NCBI GenBank assembly: GCA_963664115.2
Contig: CAXWPJ010000006.1
Span: forward strand, 288,001-352,000
DNA length: 64,000 nucleotides
Origin: Terriglobia bacterium
GTDB lineage: Bacteria > Acidobacteriota > Terriglobia > 20CM-2-55-15
Reading direction: 5' to 3'
This document shows, in pieces, positions 42,427-51,659 of this stretch (within the stretch, counting starts at the first letter, position 1; each line of letters opens with the position of its first letter). The notes beneath the pieces were generated by a model. That model searched no databases. It was not told the origin of the DNA and saw only the letters and a list, made by a program, of their open reading frames with translations. The translations under genes were made by a program, and so were the position numbers.

Positions 42427-43581
42427 TTAACCGTTTCCTTCCTCCGCAGTCTCTGCGCCCTTTGCGACTCTGCGTTTGGCTTTTTCTTTCGCCTTCTGAA
42501 GGTTCCCCGCAATTTCGGCGGCCGTTTCAGCTGGATCACCCAGAGGAACAAGCTGGACGCTTTCTAAGCGACGATGGAGAAAGCTCGAGACGAGACAGAA
42601 CTCTTCATAGTGACGCTCAGGTGAGACTGCTCTGGGCTTGACCGATCGATGAGCTCGCGTCATCAGGGTGAGTGTTTCTTCGATGTCGACCACTTTGTGC
42701 TCTTCGAAGGTGACGATATGCCCTTCAAGAATGAGGGCGATCTTTTTTGTGCGTATCGATCCGGATTCCATGATCGCAACAAAATCAAAACTCCAGATGT
42801 CCCGGTAGGGCTCCCGGTACTCCTTTCGCGCCCGCTTGATGCGGTCTAGTTTGCGCCGCAAGCGTTCCGCTTCTTCGAAGCGCGTTTCTTCCGCGAGCTC
42901 CTCGATTCGACCTAGCATGCGGGAGAGGGTGTCGGTTTCCCCTCCTTGTACGAATCGAATGGCATCATCGATATCTTCCAGATAAGCCCTGCGTCCGATA
43001 TCCGCATTACAGGGCTTGGAGCAAGTGCGCATCTGGAAGTAGAGGCAGTCCGGGTAGGGGTCATTGCCGCGTATGTTGTAGTGGCAGGGCCGGATCCTGA
43101 ACGTGCGTTCCACGACCGCCTTGAATCGTTCCAAGTCTTTTCTCCGCTGGAACGGACCAAAATAGGCGACGCCACGCTTGATCTGGCGCGCGGCATAAAG
43201 TCTCGGGAAACGCTGCCGGCGGTTGATCTTGAGCAGGTAGTAACGTGGAAGCGTCCCCATCGTGCGGTAGGTGTCTGGAAACCAACGCCGTCGTTCGGAG
43301 TGGAGGAGGTACAGGGTCTCCAACGGAGAGTCGGTCCGGCAGAACTCAACCCTTTCGGTGATATCCCGAAGATCCAGTGCCCGTGCTTCGCGAGCCTCCG
43401 AATAGAACCGGCCAATCCGATGGGCCAGGTTGTGGGTCTTTTCAAGTAGGATGAGCTTGCCCTGAACGTCGAAGATTCGGAACACTCCGGAGCGCCGGGG
43501 AACCGATGGCAGTGCCTCACCCTGGCTCCGCACTTCTTCTTGAGGGATGGTCTGGAACTCAAATGTGATGGGTCCGGCCAT
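42427..43581 (-). CDS. UvrC/Cho-like protein (degenerate GIY-YIG, Cys cluster, UVR domain)
   Basis: PRRSGVFRIFD, YFGPF, IRPC..CLYFQMRTCSKPC, AEETRFEEAERLR. Confidence 0.8.
   Translation of the reverse strand: MAGPITFEFQTIPQEEVRSQGEALPSVPRRSGVFRIFDVQGKLILLEKTHNLAHRIGRFYSEAREARALDLRDITERVEFCRTDSPLETLYLLHSERRRWFPDTYRTMGTLPRYYLLKINRRQRFPRLYAARQIKRGVAYFGPFQRRKDLERFKAVVERTFRIRPCHYNIRGNDPYPDCLYFQMRTCSKPCNADIGRRAYLEDIDDAIRFVQGGETDTLSRMLGRIEELAEETRFEEAERLRRKLDRIKRARKEYREPYRDIWSFDFVAIMESGSIRTKKIALILEGHIVTFEEHKVVDIEETLTLMTRAHRSVKPRAVSPERHYEEFCLVSSFLHRRLESVQLVPLGDPAETAAEIAGNLQKAKEKAKRRVAKGAETAEEGNG
42441..42477. repeat. Half ACGCAGAG-type REP inside the 3' end of the UvrC-like gene
   Basis: ctccgcagtctctgcgccctttgcgactctgcgttt. 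Confidence 0.65.
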
Positions 43582-43797
43582 TGGGCTGATTATAACGGCC
43601 TGCTGAGGCTTGGAAGGGGACAGAAAGGGAGAGCCGTGGTTAAAGGGAATACCGATAGAAGATCGCGCTCGGTCGTTCATTCCCTCGACCATTTCTGTCG
43701 CGTCAGGCGCGTGGACCGAACGACCGGCGTCCCCCGTCGTCATCAATGACGACGGGGTCATTTGGGGAAAACCGGAACCATGGTGAATGCCCTGAAG

Positions 43798-43879
43798 AAC
43801 CCGCGGCGTTCTTCGCTCCGGGTGGACGGCTTTCAGAAAAAAGAGGCGGTAGCTGAGGTCTCAGCGTAAGAAAACGATC
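43798..43879 (+). repeat. ~80-bp dispersed repeat, copy 2
   Basis: Matches the reverse complement of 3606-3688. Confidence 0.8.
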
Positions 43880-43934
43880 AAAGCGAGCACAAGAATCGCT
43901 TGACCGACTCTAACGACGGCCTGCCAGGCAGTGG

Positions 43935-44849
43935 CTAATCGCCGTTGAACGCGTCCCAGTGGAACTTTAACGACGCCGCCGTATGCTCTCGTGCGTAGTC
44001 CCACCCGTGACGTCCGGGGTAGAGATAGAATTCGTGGTCAATGCTTCGAGAATCGAGAATATCGTGAAGCTGCTCGGCCCCGGTGAAAAATCCGTACTGG
44101 TCTTCGGTGCCGCAGTCGAAGTAAATCTTCATGCCGTCGAGGGCAACTTCGCGGGCTATGCCCAGCGGGTTATTCGCGTTCCAGGACGCCATGCTCTCCG
44201 ATACGCCGAATATTTCGTCAAAGAGGGCGAGATATAGCTGCCGTAGGTCCGGGCGGATCATCGTGCTTTCCAGGTCATCCAGCAGCATCGCGCTGTGCGC
44301 GCTGACCGAGCCAAACAGACCGGGATTCTTCATCGCAAGTTTCAATGCACCATAGCCACCCATGGACACGCCGCTGATCGCGCGTCCTGCTCGCGTTCCA
44401 AGTGCCCGGTGATCGGCTTCGATCATCGGCATGAACTCTTCGGTGACCATGTCTTCCCATCGTTCGCCCGACACGGAGTTGGTGTAGAAGCTGTTTTCCC
44501 CGAAAGGTATGGCGACTATGAACTCTCCGATCTCACCATCTGCGATCATCTGGTCGAGCATCAAGTCGGTGCGCCCGCGGGTGCTCCATCGTTTTTCGTT
44601 CTCGTTTGCTCCGTGGAGGAAGAACACGACGGGATAGTCCTGGTCGTTTTCTTCGTAGGAAGGAGGTAAATAGAGTCCGTAGGGTATTTCTCGGGCGAGG
44701 ATCTCACTCGAAAATGTCTTGTACTGGACCCGGGATTCCTCGGGGCTGATGTCCCGATCCGAGTTCTGGCGGAAAGCCGGACGTTGGCCGCCGAGGGCGG
44801 GAAGACACAGGAGAACAACGGCCAAGTTAACGAGATGGCGTTTACGCAC
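43935..44849 (-). CDS. Secreted alpha/beta esterase (Fes/S-formylglutathione hydrolase-like)
   Basis: YLPPSY, YPVVFFLHG, GVSMGG, GRHGW; start inferred. Confidence 0.85.
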   Translation of the reverse strand: MRKRHLVNLAVVLLCLPALGGQRPAFRQNSDRDISPEESRVQYKTFSSEILAREIPYGLYLPPSYEENDQDYPVVFFLHGANENEKRWSTRGRTDLMLDQMIADGEIGEFIVAIPFGENSFYTNSVSGERWEDMVTEEFMPMIEADHRALGTRAGRAISGVSMGGYGALKLAMKNPGLFGSVSAHSAMLLDDLESTMIRPDLRQLYLALFDEIFGVSESMASWNANNPLGIAREVALDGMKIYFDCGTEDQYGFFTGAEQLHDILDSRSIDHEFYLYPGRHGWDYAREHTAASLKFHWDAFNGD

Positions 44850-44856
44850 GGGCTTA

Positions 44857-45237
44857 TTACTCTTTCTGTGCTGAGGCTTCCTCTCCGGTTTCAGATTCTG
44901 GCTCAACACTATCGTCGAAATGGCGGATGAGAAGTGCTTCAGAAGCCTTGTCGGTCAAATCCACAATCGCGGCTGCGTTGACGCCCATCGTGATGGCAAT
45001 CGTCTCGCTCAGTTCTTCGCGGGTTGCCCCGCATTTGAGCGCCTTCTTGATATGTCCTTCGAGACAACCTTCGCAATGGGTTGCGAGAGATGCGGCGATC
45101 GCAATCAGTTCCTTGGTCTTGCGATCCAACACCGAACTCTTGTAGGTGTCCTGGTAGAAGCGGAAATAGATTTTCCGCATTCTGGGCTCGACCATGGTAT
45201 AGGATGGCCATTTTTCTTTGTCAGTATCACTGCCCAT
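44857..45237 (-). CDS. CMD/AhpD family protein
   Basis: LDRKTKELIAIA...CEGCLEGH. Confidence 0.88.
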   Translation of the reverse strand: MGSDTDKEKWPSYTMVEPRMRKIYFRFYQDTYKSSVLDRKTKELIAIAASLATHCEGCLEGHIKKALKCGATREELSETIAITMGVNAAAIVDLTDKASEALLIRHFDDSVEPESETGEEASAQKE

Positions 45238-45302
45238 AAAGGCCTTGCTCCATCAGTATTTCCGTTCTCTATAAAAACAATACGTGCAAAAGAGAATACG
45301 GG

Positions 45303-47282
45303 TTACGCGGCGATGCCGTCAAGGATCTCGCGCACAGTCTCGGTGAGTTCGCTCAAGGGGAAGGGCTTGGGAAGGATTCCATCAATACCAAGAGTCTTGA
45401 TGGCTGCCAGTCTGTCGGGAGCGGCATAGCCAGTTGCAACCAGCACTTTAGTATGGGGATGAAGCTGTCGAATCGACTTCAACGCAGTGAGGCCGTCCAT
45501 CACCGGCATGATCATGTCGAGGATCACAAGATCGACGTCTGCATTCATCCGGTCAAGGGCCTGGATCCCGTTTGAGGCCTTTAGAACGCGGTACCCAAGA
45601 TCTGATAGAGAGATCTCCATCAGTTCCAGCAAGTGCGGTTCATCGTCCACGACCAGAATCGTTTCCCTGCCCTCGGATATTTTCGACTCGACGGCATTGG
45701 ATGTCTTGACCGTTTTATTTGCCATGGGGAACCAGAGACGGAACTCCGTACCGGTCTCCGCGCTTGTCTCCACATCAATAGTCCCTTCGTGGCGTTTAAC
45801 AGCGGCGTAGGCCATGCTGAGGCCAAGGCCCGTACCTCGGCCGCGTTCCTTCGTCGTGAAAAACGGGTCAAATATTTTGTCCAGAACTTCTGGTTCGATA
45901 CCCGGCCCCGTGTCACGCACACTGAGTCGAACTCCTTGGTTTTCCGCTCGTGTCTGGAGCGTAATCAAACCTTCTCCCTCCATGGCGTCGCGGGCATTGA
46001 CGGCGAAATTGATCAACATCTGGGTCAGTTCGCCTTCATCGCCTTCGATCGTCGGCAGTGTGTCCGCAAGATCGAGTCGGATGCGAACCGTGCGTTCCAG
46101 TGTTTCTTTGAGCAGTTGCTCGGCGGACCGGACTACATCGTTCAGGAGTAAGGGTTCAACCGAAGGCGGTTCATCTCGAGCCATTGCCAGAAGCTGCCCG
46201 GTCAACTGCGCGCCACGCTTGGATGCGTCCACGATTGCTTCGAGGCGCCGACTCCGCTTGTCCGGTGTGTCCCTCAACTGAAGTAACTCGGCGGTAGGCA
46301 ATATGATTCCCAATATGTTGTTAAAGTCGTGCGCAATGCCACTGGCAAGTGTTCCGATGGATTCCATTTTCTGGGTGCGGGCCAGTTGGTGCGATAGTTT
46401 CTTCTGCTCGGTGATATCCCGCACGATCACTGAGACCCGGACTGAATCCGCGACCGCGCTCACCAGTCCGATGAGGGGTTCGTCGTTGCGGGAACGAAAT
46501 TCCGCTTCGAAGTCTTGAACCGAACCGTCTTTCCGGACACGCCTTTCGAACCGTGTGGCAGTTTCGGGATTCACGAAAAGGTCCTTAAGGTCCGTCCACA
46601 GCTCAGGGGGCGGACCAAAGGCGCCGGTCGCTTGATTGGAATCGATGATACGGAGGTCCCTCGTGCAGATGTAGACAGGATCCTGCATCCGTTCCACAAA
46701 TGTTCTGTATTTCGCTTCCGATGCCTTCAAGTCTTCATAGAGTTCGATGTTGGAGAGTGCACTGGAAAGTTGGGGAGCGACCATCATCAACGTACGTTCC
46801 ATGGCTGGAGAAATCGACGAGGGTTTTTCATCGGCCAAAATCAGTAGCGCCTGGCACATGTCACGGGCGAGGAGCGGGATGAATAGCCATGATCGGAGTG
46901 TGCGGGGGAAGGGCCACAGGCTGTTGTCCAGATTTTCAGCGTCCAGATCCGGGAGAGCGACCGGTCCGGACTTGTCGGTGAAGTTACCGGGAATTGCGGC
47001 GAGGTCGAATGAGGCAGGGAAGCGTGTGTCACCGAAGACTTTCGATGTGGCCTGCAGTTCGTAGCGTTCATCGAGGCTTCGACGGTACAGGAGCGCATGC
47101 TTCGATAGAGTTGCTTCCGCGATGACTTCAACCAACTCTTCCGACAGCTGGAGCGTCGAGGTGTGACGGCTGATCGCCTCACCTACGCGGCTGACGAAAG
47201 AAAGCTCGTCGACTTTCGAACGGAAAGCTGCATCGGCGTTCTCGAGCGCGGCGCTCAATGGCGAAACGGAATCATAGTGCAT
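45303..47282 (-). CDS. Cytoplasmic hybrid histidine kinase (GAF-PAS-HisKA-HATPase-REC)
   Basis: [38 protein letters not shown]. Confidence 0.92.
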   Translation of the reverse strand: MHYDSVSPLSAALENADAAFRSKVDELSFVSRVGEAISRHTSTLQLSEELVEVIAEATLSKHALLYRRSLDERYELQATSKVFGDTRFPASFDLAAIPGNFTDKSGPVALPDLDAENLDNSLWPFPRTLRSWLFIPLLARDMCQALLILADEKPSSISPAMERTLMMVAPQLSSALSNIELYEDLKASEAKYRTFVERMQDPVYICTRDLRIIDSNQATGAFGPPPELWTDLKDLFVNPETATRFERRVRKDGSVQDFEAEFRSRNDEPLIGLVSAVADSVRVSVIVRDITEQKKLSHQLARTQKMESIGTLASGIAHDFNNILGIILPTAELLQLRDTPDKRSRRLEAIVDASKRGAQLTGQLLAMARDEPPSVEPLLLNDVVRSAEQLLKETLERTVRIRLDLADTLPTIEGDEGELTQMLINFAVNARDAMEGEGLITLQTRAENQGVRLSVRDTGPGIEPEVLDKIFDPFFTTKERGRGTGLGLSMAYAAVKRHEGTIDVETSAETGTEFRLWFPMANKTVKTSNAVESKISEGRETILVVDDEPHLLELMEISLSDLGYRVLKASNGIQALDRMNADVDLVILDMIMPVMDGLTALKSIRQLHPHTKVLVATGYAAPDRLAAIKTLGIDGILPKPFPLSELTETVREILDGIAA

Positions 47283-47290
47283 GTGCTTAC

Positions 47291-48112
47291 TTAAACCACC
47301 TTGAAGAAGTTATCGATATCTTCCGCCTTCGCGCGGAGGTGATCGGCGACTGCGTTCCAATCCTCCGAATCCCCGATGTCGCATTCCGGATTCTCGCCGT
47401 CCAATCCCATTTGAAGTGAGGCTGCGACTCGATCGCTCATCTGTACGATGCCGGCCAGAGTATGGGTTCCAGGTCCTGCAACAGGGTCGCTGTGGTGATC
47501 GGCGACGGCCGCGACAAAGGATGCGGGCAGTTGCCAGCGCTCAGCAAGCCAGACACCGGCCTGAAGATGGTCGATACCCAGCAGGGTGCGTTCGACCGCC
47601 TCGCGTGTTCCACCCTCCTTGCTCAAAACTTCATGGACTCTTTCGTATTCTTTCGGAAATCCGGTGTCGAGGGCGAGCACTCCAATGTCGTGGAGAAGGC
47701 CAACGCAGAAGGCTTCATCCGGAGATGCGTTCCCGGATCGTTCGGCGAAAAACGATGTGGCATAGGCGACGGCCATCGAGTGCTTCCAGAAATCGGCTCG
47801 GTTGTCGTCACCCGAATTCCATCGATCCACTACGAATGCACATAGCGACAACTGCTTCAGCATCGTGGATCCTATGATTGACACCGCGTGATTGAGAGTG
47901 CGGACCTCGGCCCGATGTCCGTAGTACGCAGAGTTGGCCAAACCTAGTACCTTCGCCGTTAGGCTCTGGTCACGAGACACAATGGCTGCGAGTGTCTGAT
48001 GGCTGCTCCGCTCGTCTTCTGCCGCCAGAAGAATCTTGCGAGCAACCACCGGCAGTGTGGGCAGATCGCGAAGCGCATAGATGCGCCTCTTGAAGTCAAT
48101 GGCCGTCGACAT
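47291..48112 (-). CDS. HDOD domain protein
   Basis: LPTLP, ANSAYYG, FWKHS, GLLHDIG, WQLP. Confidence 0.92.
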   Translation of the reverse strand: MSTAIDFKRRIYALRDLPTLPVVARKILLAAEDERSSHQTLAAIVSRDQSLTAKVLGLANSAYYGHRAEVRTLNHAVSIIGSTMLKQLSLCAFVVDRWNSGDDNRADFWKHSMAVAYATSFFAERSGNASPDEAFCVGLLHDIGVLALDTGFPKEYERVHEVLSKEGGTREAVERTLLGIDHLQAGVWLAERWQLPASFVAAVADHHSDPVAGPGTHTLAGIVQMSDRVAASLQMGLDGENPECDIGDSEDWNAVADHLRAKAEDIDNFFKVV

Positions 48113-48268
48113 GCTATTCCCCCATCCTGTAATCGACAGTTCGACCGCCGAACTTTAGGAATTTCTCCGATAGCAAACTGCGAAGAACGTCAGACGAGAC
48201 CGGGCGTAAGATCGACGTAACAGCGCCGTAACAGATTGATTTTCAGGGATCTGACTCGTTTGGGCTGG

Positions 48269-48298
48269 TTGACAGCCTGTCAATCGCTTCGATAAAAT
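48269..48298 (+). promoter_or_regulatory. nadA promoter with palindromic operator over the -35 box
   Basis: TTGACAG-C-CTGTCAA perfect palindrome; TTGACA-18 bp-TAAAAT. Confidence 0.55.
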
Positions 48299-48394
48299 CA
48301 GGGGTCACGCATGATGAATGATTCCTTCTAGTGGCCCTTTGAGTCATGAGTGTTAAGTTGAATTAGTAAAGGTATTGAGCCGGTACCGAGGACC

Positions 48395-49483
48395 ATGTTT
48401 CAGACACTACTGCCCGAACATCTAACACGGTTGAGCGAAGACGAAACCGATCGCCGAATCAGCGAAGTCAGGGAGCGCCTGGGTTCTCGCTTGGTGATCC
48501 TCGGCCACCACTATCAACGGGACGAAGTGATTAAGTTTGCCGACCTTCGGGGGGATTCGTTCAAGCTTGCCCAATGGGCTTCCCAGCAGAAGGATGCTGA
48601 ATACATTCTGTTCTGCGGCGTCCATTTCATGGCCGAGAGCGCCGACGTATTGAGTGCTTCCCACCAGAAGGTGATCCTGCCGGATCTCGGTGCGGGTTGT
48701 TCGATGGCGGACATGGCTGCTCTGGATCAGGTGGAAACCTGTTGGGACGAACTCAGCAAACTGACGTCTGAAACTATCATTCCGATTACCTACATGAATT
48801 CTGCGGCCGACATCAAAGCGTTTTGTGGGCGTTATGATGGTGCTGTCTGCACATCCTCGAACGCGCCTGCTGTAATGCGTTGGGCTCTGGAGCGCGGGGA
48901 CAAGATCCTGTTTCTTCCCGATCAGCATCTGGGCCGCAACACAGGCTATCAGCTGAGAATCCGTCTGGAAGAGATGTCGGTGTGGGACCCTTACGAGGAA
49001 CTCGGAGGAAACACCCCTGAGGAATTGATCGAGAGCCGCATCGTCCTCTGGAAGGGCCATTGTTCCGTTCATGGGCGTTTCCTGCCCGAACACGTGGAGA
49101 GAGTGCGCGAACGGTATCCCGATATCCGGGTGATCGCCCATCCGGAGTGCCAGTTCGACGTTGTTCAGGCTTCCGATGCGGTGGGCTCCACCGAGCACAT
49201 TATCAAGTGTGTGACGCAGTCACCTGTGGGCACCCAGTGGGCGATCGGGACGGAGATTCATCTGGTCAACCGTCTGCGAAACGAAAATCCGGACCGATTC
49301 ATCATTCCCCTTGATGATTGCGGGTGCTTCTGCTCGACGATGTTCCGTATTGATCCCTCGCACCTGCTCTGGTCAATGGAGAGCCTGTTGGAAGATCGAG
49401 TGATAAACCAGATCTCGGTTTCCGACGAAGTGGCCCGTTGGGCTCGCGTTTCGTTGAACCGGATGCTGGAAATTACTCACTAG
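48395..49483 (+). CDS. nadA: Quinolinate synthase
   Basis: GHHYQ, FCGVHFMAE, GCSMA, GHCSVH, AHPEC, CSTM. Confidence 0.95.
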   Translation: MFQTLLPEHLTRLSEDETDRRISEVRERLGSRLVILGHHYQRDEVIKFADLRGDSFKLAQWASQQKDAEYILFCGVHFMAESADVLSASHQKVILPDLGAGCSMADMAALDQVETCWDELSKLTSETIIPITYMNSAADIKAFCGRYDGAVCTSSNAPAVMRWALERGDKILFLPDQHLGRNTGYQLRIRLEEMSVWDPYEELGGNTPEELIESRIVLWKGHCSVHGRFLPEHVERVRERYPDIRVIAHPECQFDVVQASDAVGSTEHIIKCVTQSPVGTQWAIGTEIHLVNRLRNENPDRFIIPLDDCGCFCSTMFRIDPSHLLWSMESLLEDRVINQISVSDEVARWARVSLNRMLEITH

Positions 49484-49594
49484 CAGGTCGAGTGAATGCC
49501 AAGGTAGGAGTTAGGAGCGGATCGCGATGACTGCGGCAATCGGATCCCTTCTTAACTTTTAACTCATCGTTATGAACTCGACTTCACCGGAACA

Positions 49595-49873
49595 GTGGCC
49601 TCTACCTCCAGAAAAACCTTTACCATAAGTGGCATTGTCCAGGGTGTCGGTTATCGTTACTTCGCTTCGGTGGCGGCCCGGCGCCTCGAAATCCTGGGGT
49701 TCGCGAAGAACCTGCCTGGCGGCCAGGTCGAGGTCCTCGCTGAAGGTGAAACGGCGGCATTGGCTGCTTTTCGACGGGAACTGGAACGTGGGCCAGCCTC
49801 TTCCCGTGTGGACGCGGTTACCGAGTCCGAGCCTGAATTCTGGGAGCCATTTACAGCCTTCAATATTCTTTAA
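49595..49873 (+). CDS. acyP: Acylphosphatase
   Basis: GIVQGVGYR, GFAKNLPGGQVE. Confidence 0.92.
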   Translation: MASTSRKTFTISGIVQGVGYRYFASVAARRLEILGFAKNLPGGQVEVLAEGETAALAAFRRELERGPASSRVDAVTESEPEFWEPFTAFNIL

Positions 49874-49891
49874 TCTCTGAGGTCTATTCAA

Positions 49892-50407
49892 ATGGATGAG
49901 TTTAAGAAATTGATCCGTGAAGTACCGGACTTTCCGAAGCCCGGCATCAATTTTTACGATATCACGACGCTGCTCAATCACCGGCCCGGCTTTTGCCGGC
50001 TCATCGATTACCTGACGCTTCAGACGCGCCCGATTCAGGCGGACTTTGTCCTGGGTATCGAAGCCCGGGGTTTTATATTCGCGCCGGCGCTGGCCTACAA
50101 CCTCAACGCCGGGTTCATTCCGATCCGCAAGCCGGGGAAACTACCCGGAGAAACCGAAGCGGTGAGCTACGATCTGGAATACGGTACGGACACGCTTGAA
50201 ATCCACAAAGGGGCGTTTCCCCAGGGAAGCCGGGTCATCATCGCCGATGACTTGCTGGCCACCGGTGGGACAGCTAGAGCAGCAGGCGAACTGGTGGAGA
50301 AGGCGGGTGGTGTTGTTGCCGGCTTTACGTTCGTCGTGGAGTTGGAGTTTCTAAACGGCAGGGAAAAGCTCAGCGGCTACGAGACATTTTCGTTAATCCA
50401 GTACTGA
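49892..50407 (+). CDS. apt: Adenine phosphoribosyltransferase
   Basis: [29 protein letters not shown]. Confidence 0.95.
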   Translation: MDEFKKLIREVPDFPKPGINFYDITTLLNHRPGFCRLIDYLTLQTRPIQADFVLGIEARGFIFAPALAYNLNAGFIPIRKPGKLPGETEAVSYDLEYGTDTLEIHKGAFPQGSRVIIADDLLATGGTARAAGELVEKAGGVVAGFTFVVELEFLNGREKLSGYETFSLIQY

Positions 50408-50437
50408 AAATGGGGTCAGAGCCCTATGTCCCCTTTT
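50408..50437. repeat. GGGGTCAG..TGTCCCC short palindrome (REP-like, possible terminator)
   Basis: aaatggggtcagagccctatgtcccctttt between convergent genes. Confidence 0.45.
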
Positions 50438-51503
50438 ACTCGCGTTGGGTCGCCTCAGCCAATTCCTTCTCCAGCCTGAGCTGCGCCGCCCGGGCACAAC
50501 CCTGCATGACCTGGAAATAACGCCCGACCCACTCCGTCCCGAGTTCGTAGGGATGAGGCCCGTCGCCGCGCCCCGCCAGCATTTTGTTCTTGCTGACGGC
50601 GTTATCAAACTCTGAGTGGTTCGAGAGGAGAACGCTCGCGCCGGTTGCCGCTGCCTGGTCCGCGATGTGCTGCTGCGACTCGATATAGGACTGGAAGTTC
50701 CGGATGCCCGGGTCCGGAGTGTTGTTTACGAAGTTAAAGGCCGTGCCGCCTGAATAGGCCACGTTGATGGGCCGCCCATCGTCGAACACGGTAAAGGTGT
50801 AAGACAGCGTGCCCGGGGTATGGCCGGGGGTTTCCCAGACCGTTATGGTCGTGTCTCCCAGCGTGATCTCCATGCCATCGGTGGCGGCAATGTCGCGCAT
50901 TGGAGCCATGGTCGCATAACGATTGGGGTAGGTTTCGACGAGCTCCCAGTCAGGCCCACCCATCACGACGCGGGCGTCGTAGCCCTCCTGCAGGAGCCTG
51001 GCCCCGCCGATGTGGTCACCATGGGCGTGGGAAATGATGACGTATCTGATGTCGTTGGGGTCGAGACCCAGCCGTTCCAGGCCTCCCACGATCAACTCCT
51101 CCGAGTTATAAGGGAAGATCGTGTCGATAATTATGATGCCTTCGCTCGTGGTCAGAGCCCAGGACGTGTGCAGCTTTCCTCCGACAAAGTACAGATTGTC
51201 GAATACCTTTCGGGAGTCCGCGTACCAGATCTCCCGCGCAGGCACACTTGAGGGATCCGCTACATACCGCGGCACGTTGTTAGATGTGTTGAGTCCGCCA
51301 CTTTGAGGCAGAAGGCAAATCCGGGTCAAGGTTCCAAGGAACTCGAACCCGGCCGCAGATTTGGCCGACTGCAGCGCGTCCCGAATTTCCGCGTCAAAGT
51401 CTCTCGCGACAGTACGGGAATTCGGGGCTTCCTGCGCAAATACGCTGGAGGTGGCCAGTCCAACGATGACGGCAAGTGTCGTGAAAGTCTTCGCTACGTT
51501 CAA
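50436..51503 (-). CDS. Secreted MBL-fold hydrolase, subclass B3 beta-lactamase-like
   Basis: Signal peptide; VFDNLYFVG, HAHGDH, TPGHTPG, SNH; TTG start after GGAGG. Confidence 0.8.
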   Translation of the reverse strand: MNVAKTFTTLAVIVGLATSSVFAQEAPNSRTVARDFDAEIRDALQSAKSAAGFEFLGTLTRICLLPQSGGLNTSNNVPRYVADPSSVPAREIWYADSRKVFDNLYFVGGKLHTSWALTTSEGIIIIDTIFPYNSEELIVGGLERLGLDPNDIRYVIISHAHGDHIGGARLLQEGYDARVVMGGPDWELVETYPNRYATMAPMRDIAATDGMEITLGDTTITVWETPGHTPGTLSYTFTVFDDGRPINVAYSGGTAFNFVNNTPDPGIRNFQSYIESQQHIADQAAATGASVLLSNHSEFDNAVSKNKMLAGRGDGPHPYELGTEWVGRYFQVMQGCARAAQLRLEKELAEATQRE

Positions 51504-51659
51504 TTTTAAAAACCTCCGTATCGACGGCTGGGCGTAGTAGGGGAACATCTGTGCACTGTCAATTTTGAAGAGAATCTATCCACTTGGAGGACGGATTCTC
51601 CGCAGGATGACGGGTCGTTTAGTACACTGTCGAAATATCACATAGAAGGAAAGAAGAGA

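Noticed and set aside
41631-42641. 336-aa alternative-frame ORF over the symporter
   Set aside because: Arg/Pro/Gly-rich off-frame translation with no protein-like features.
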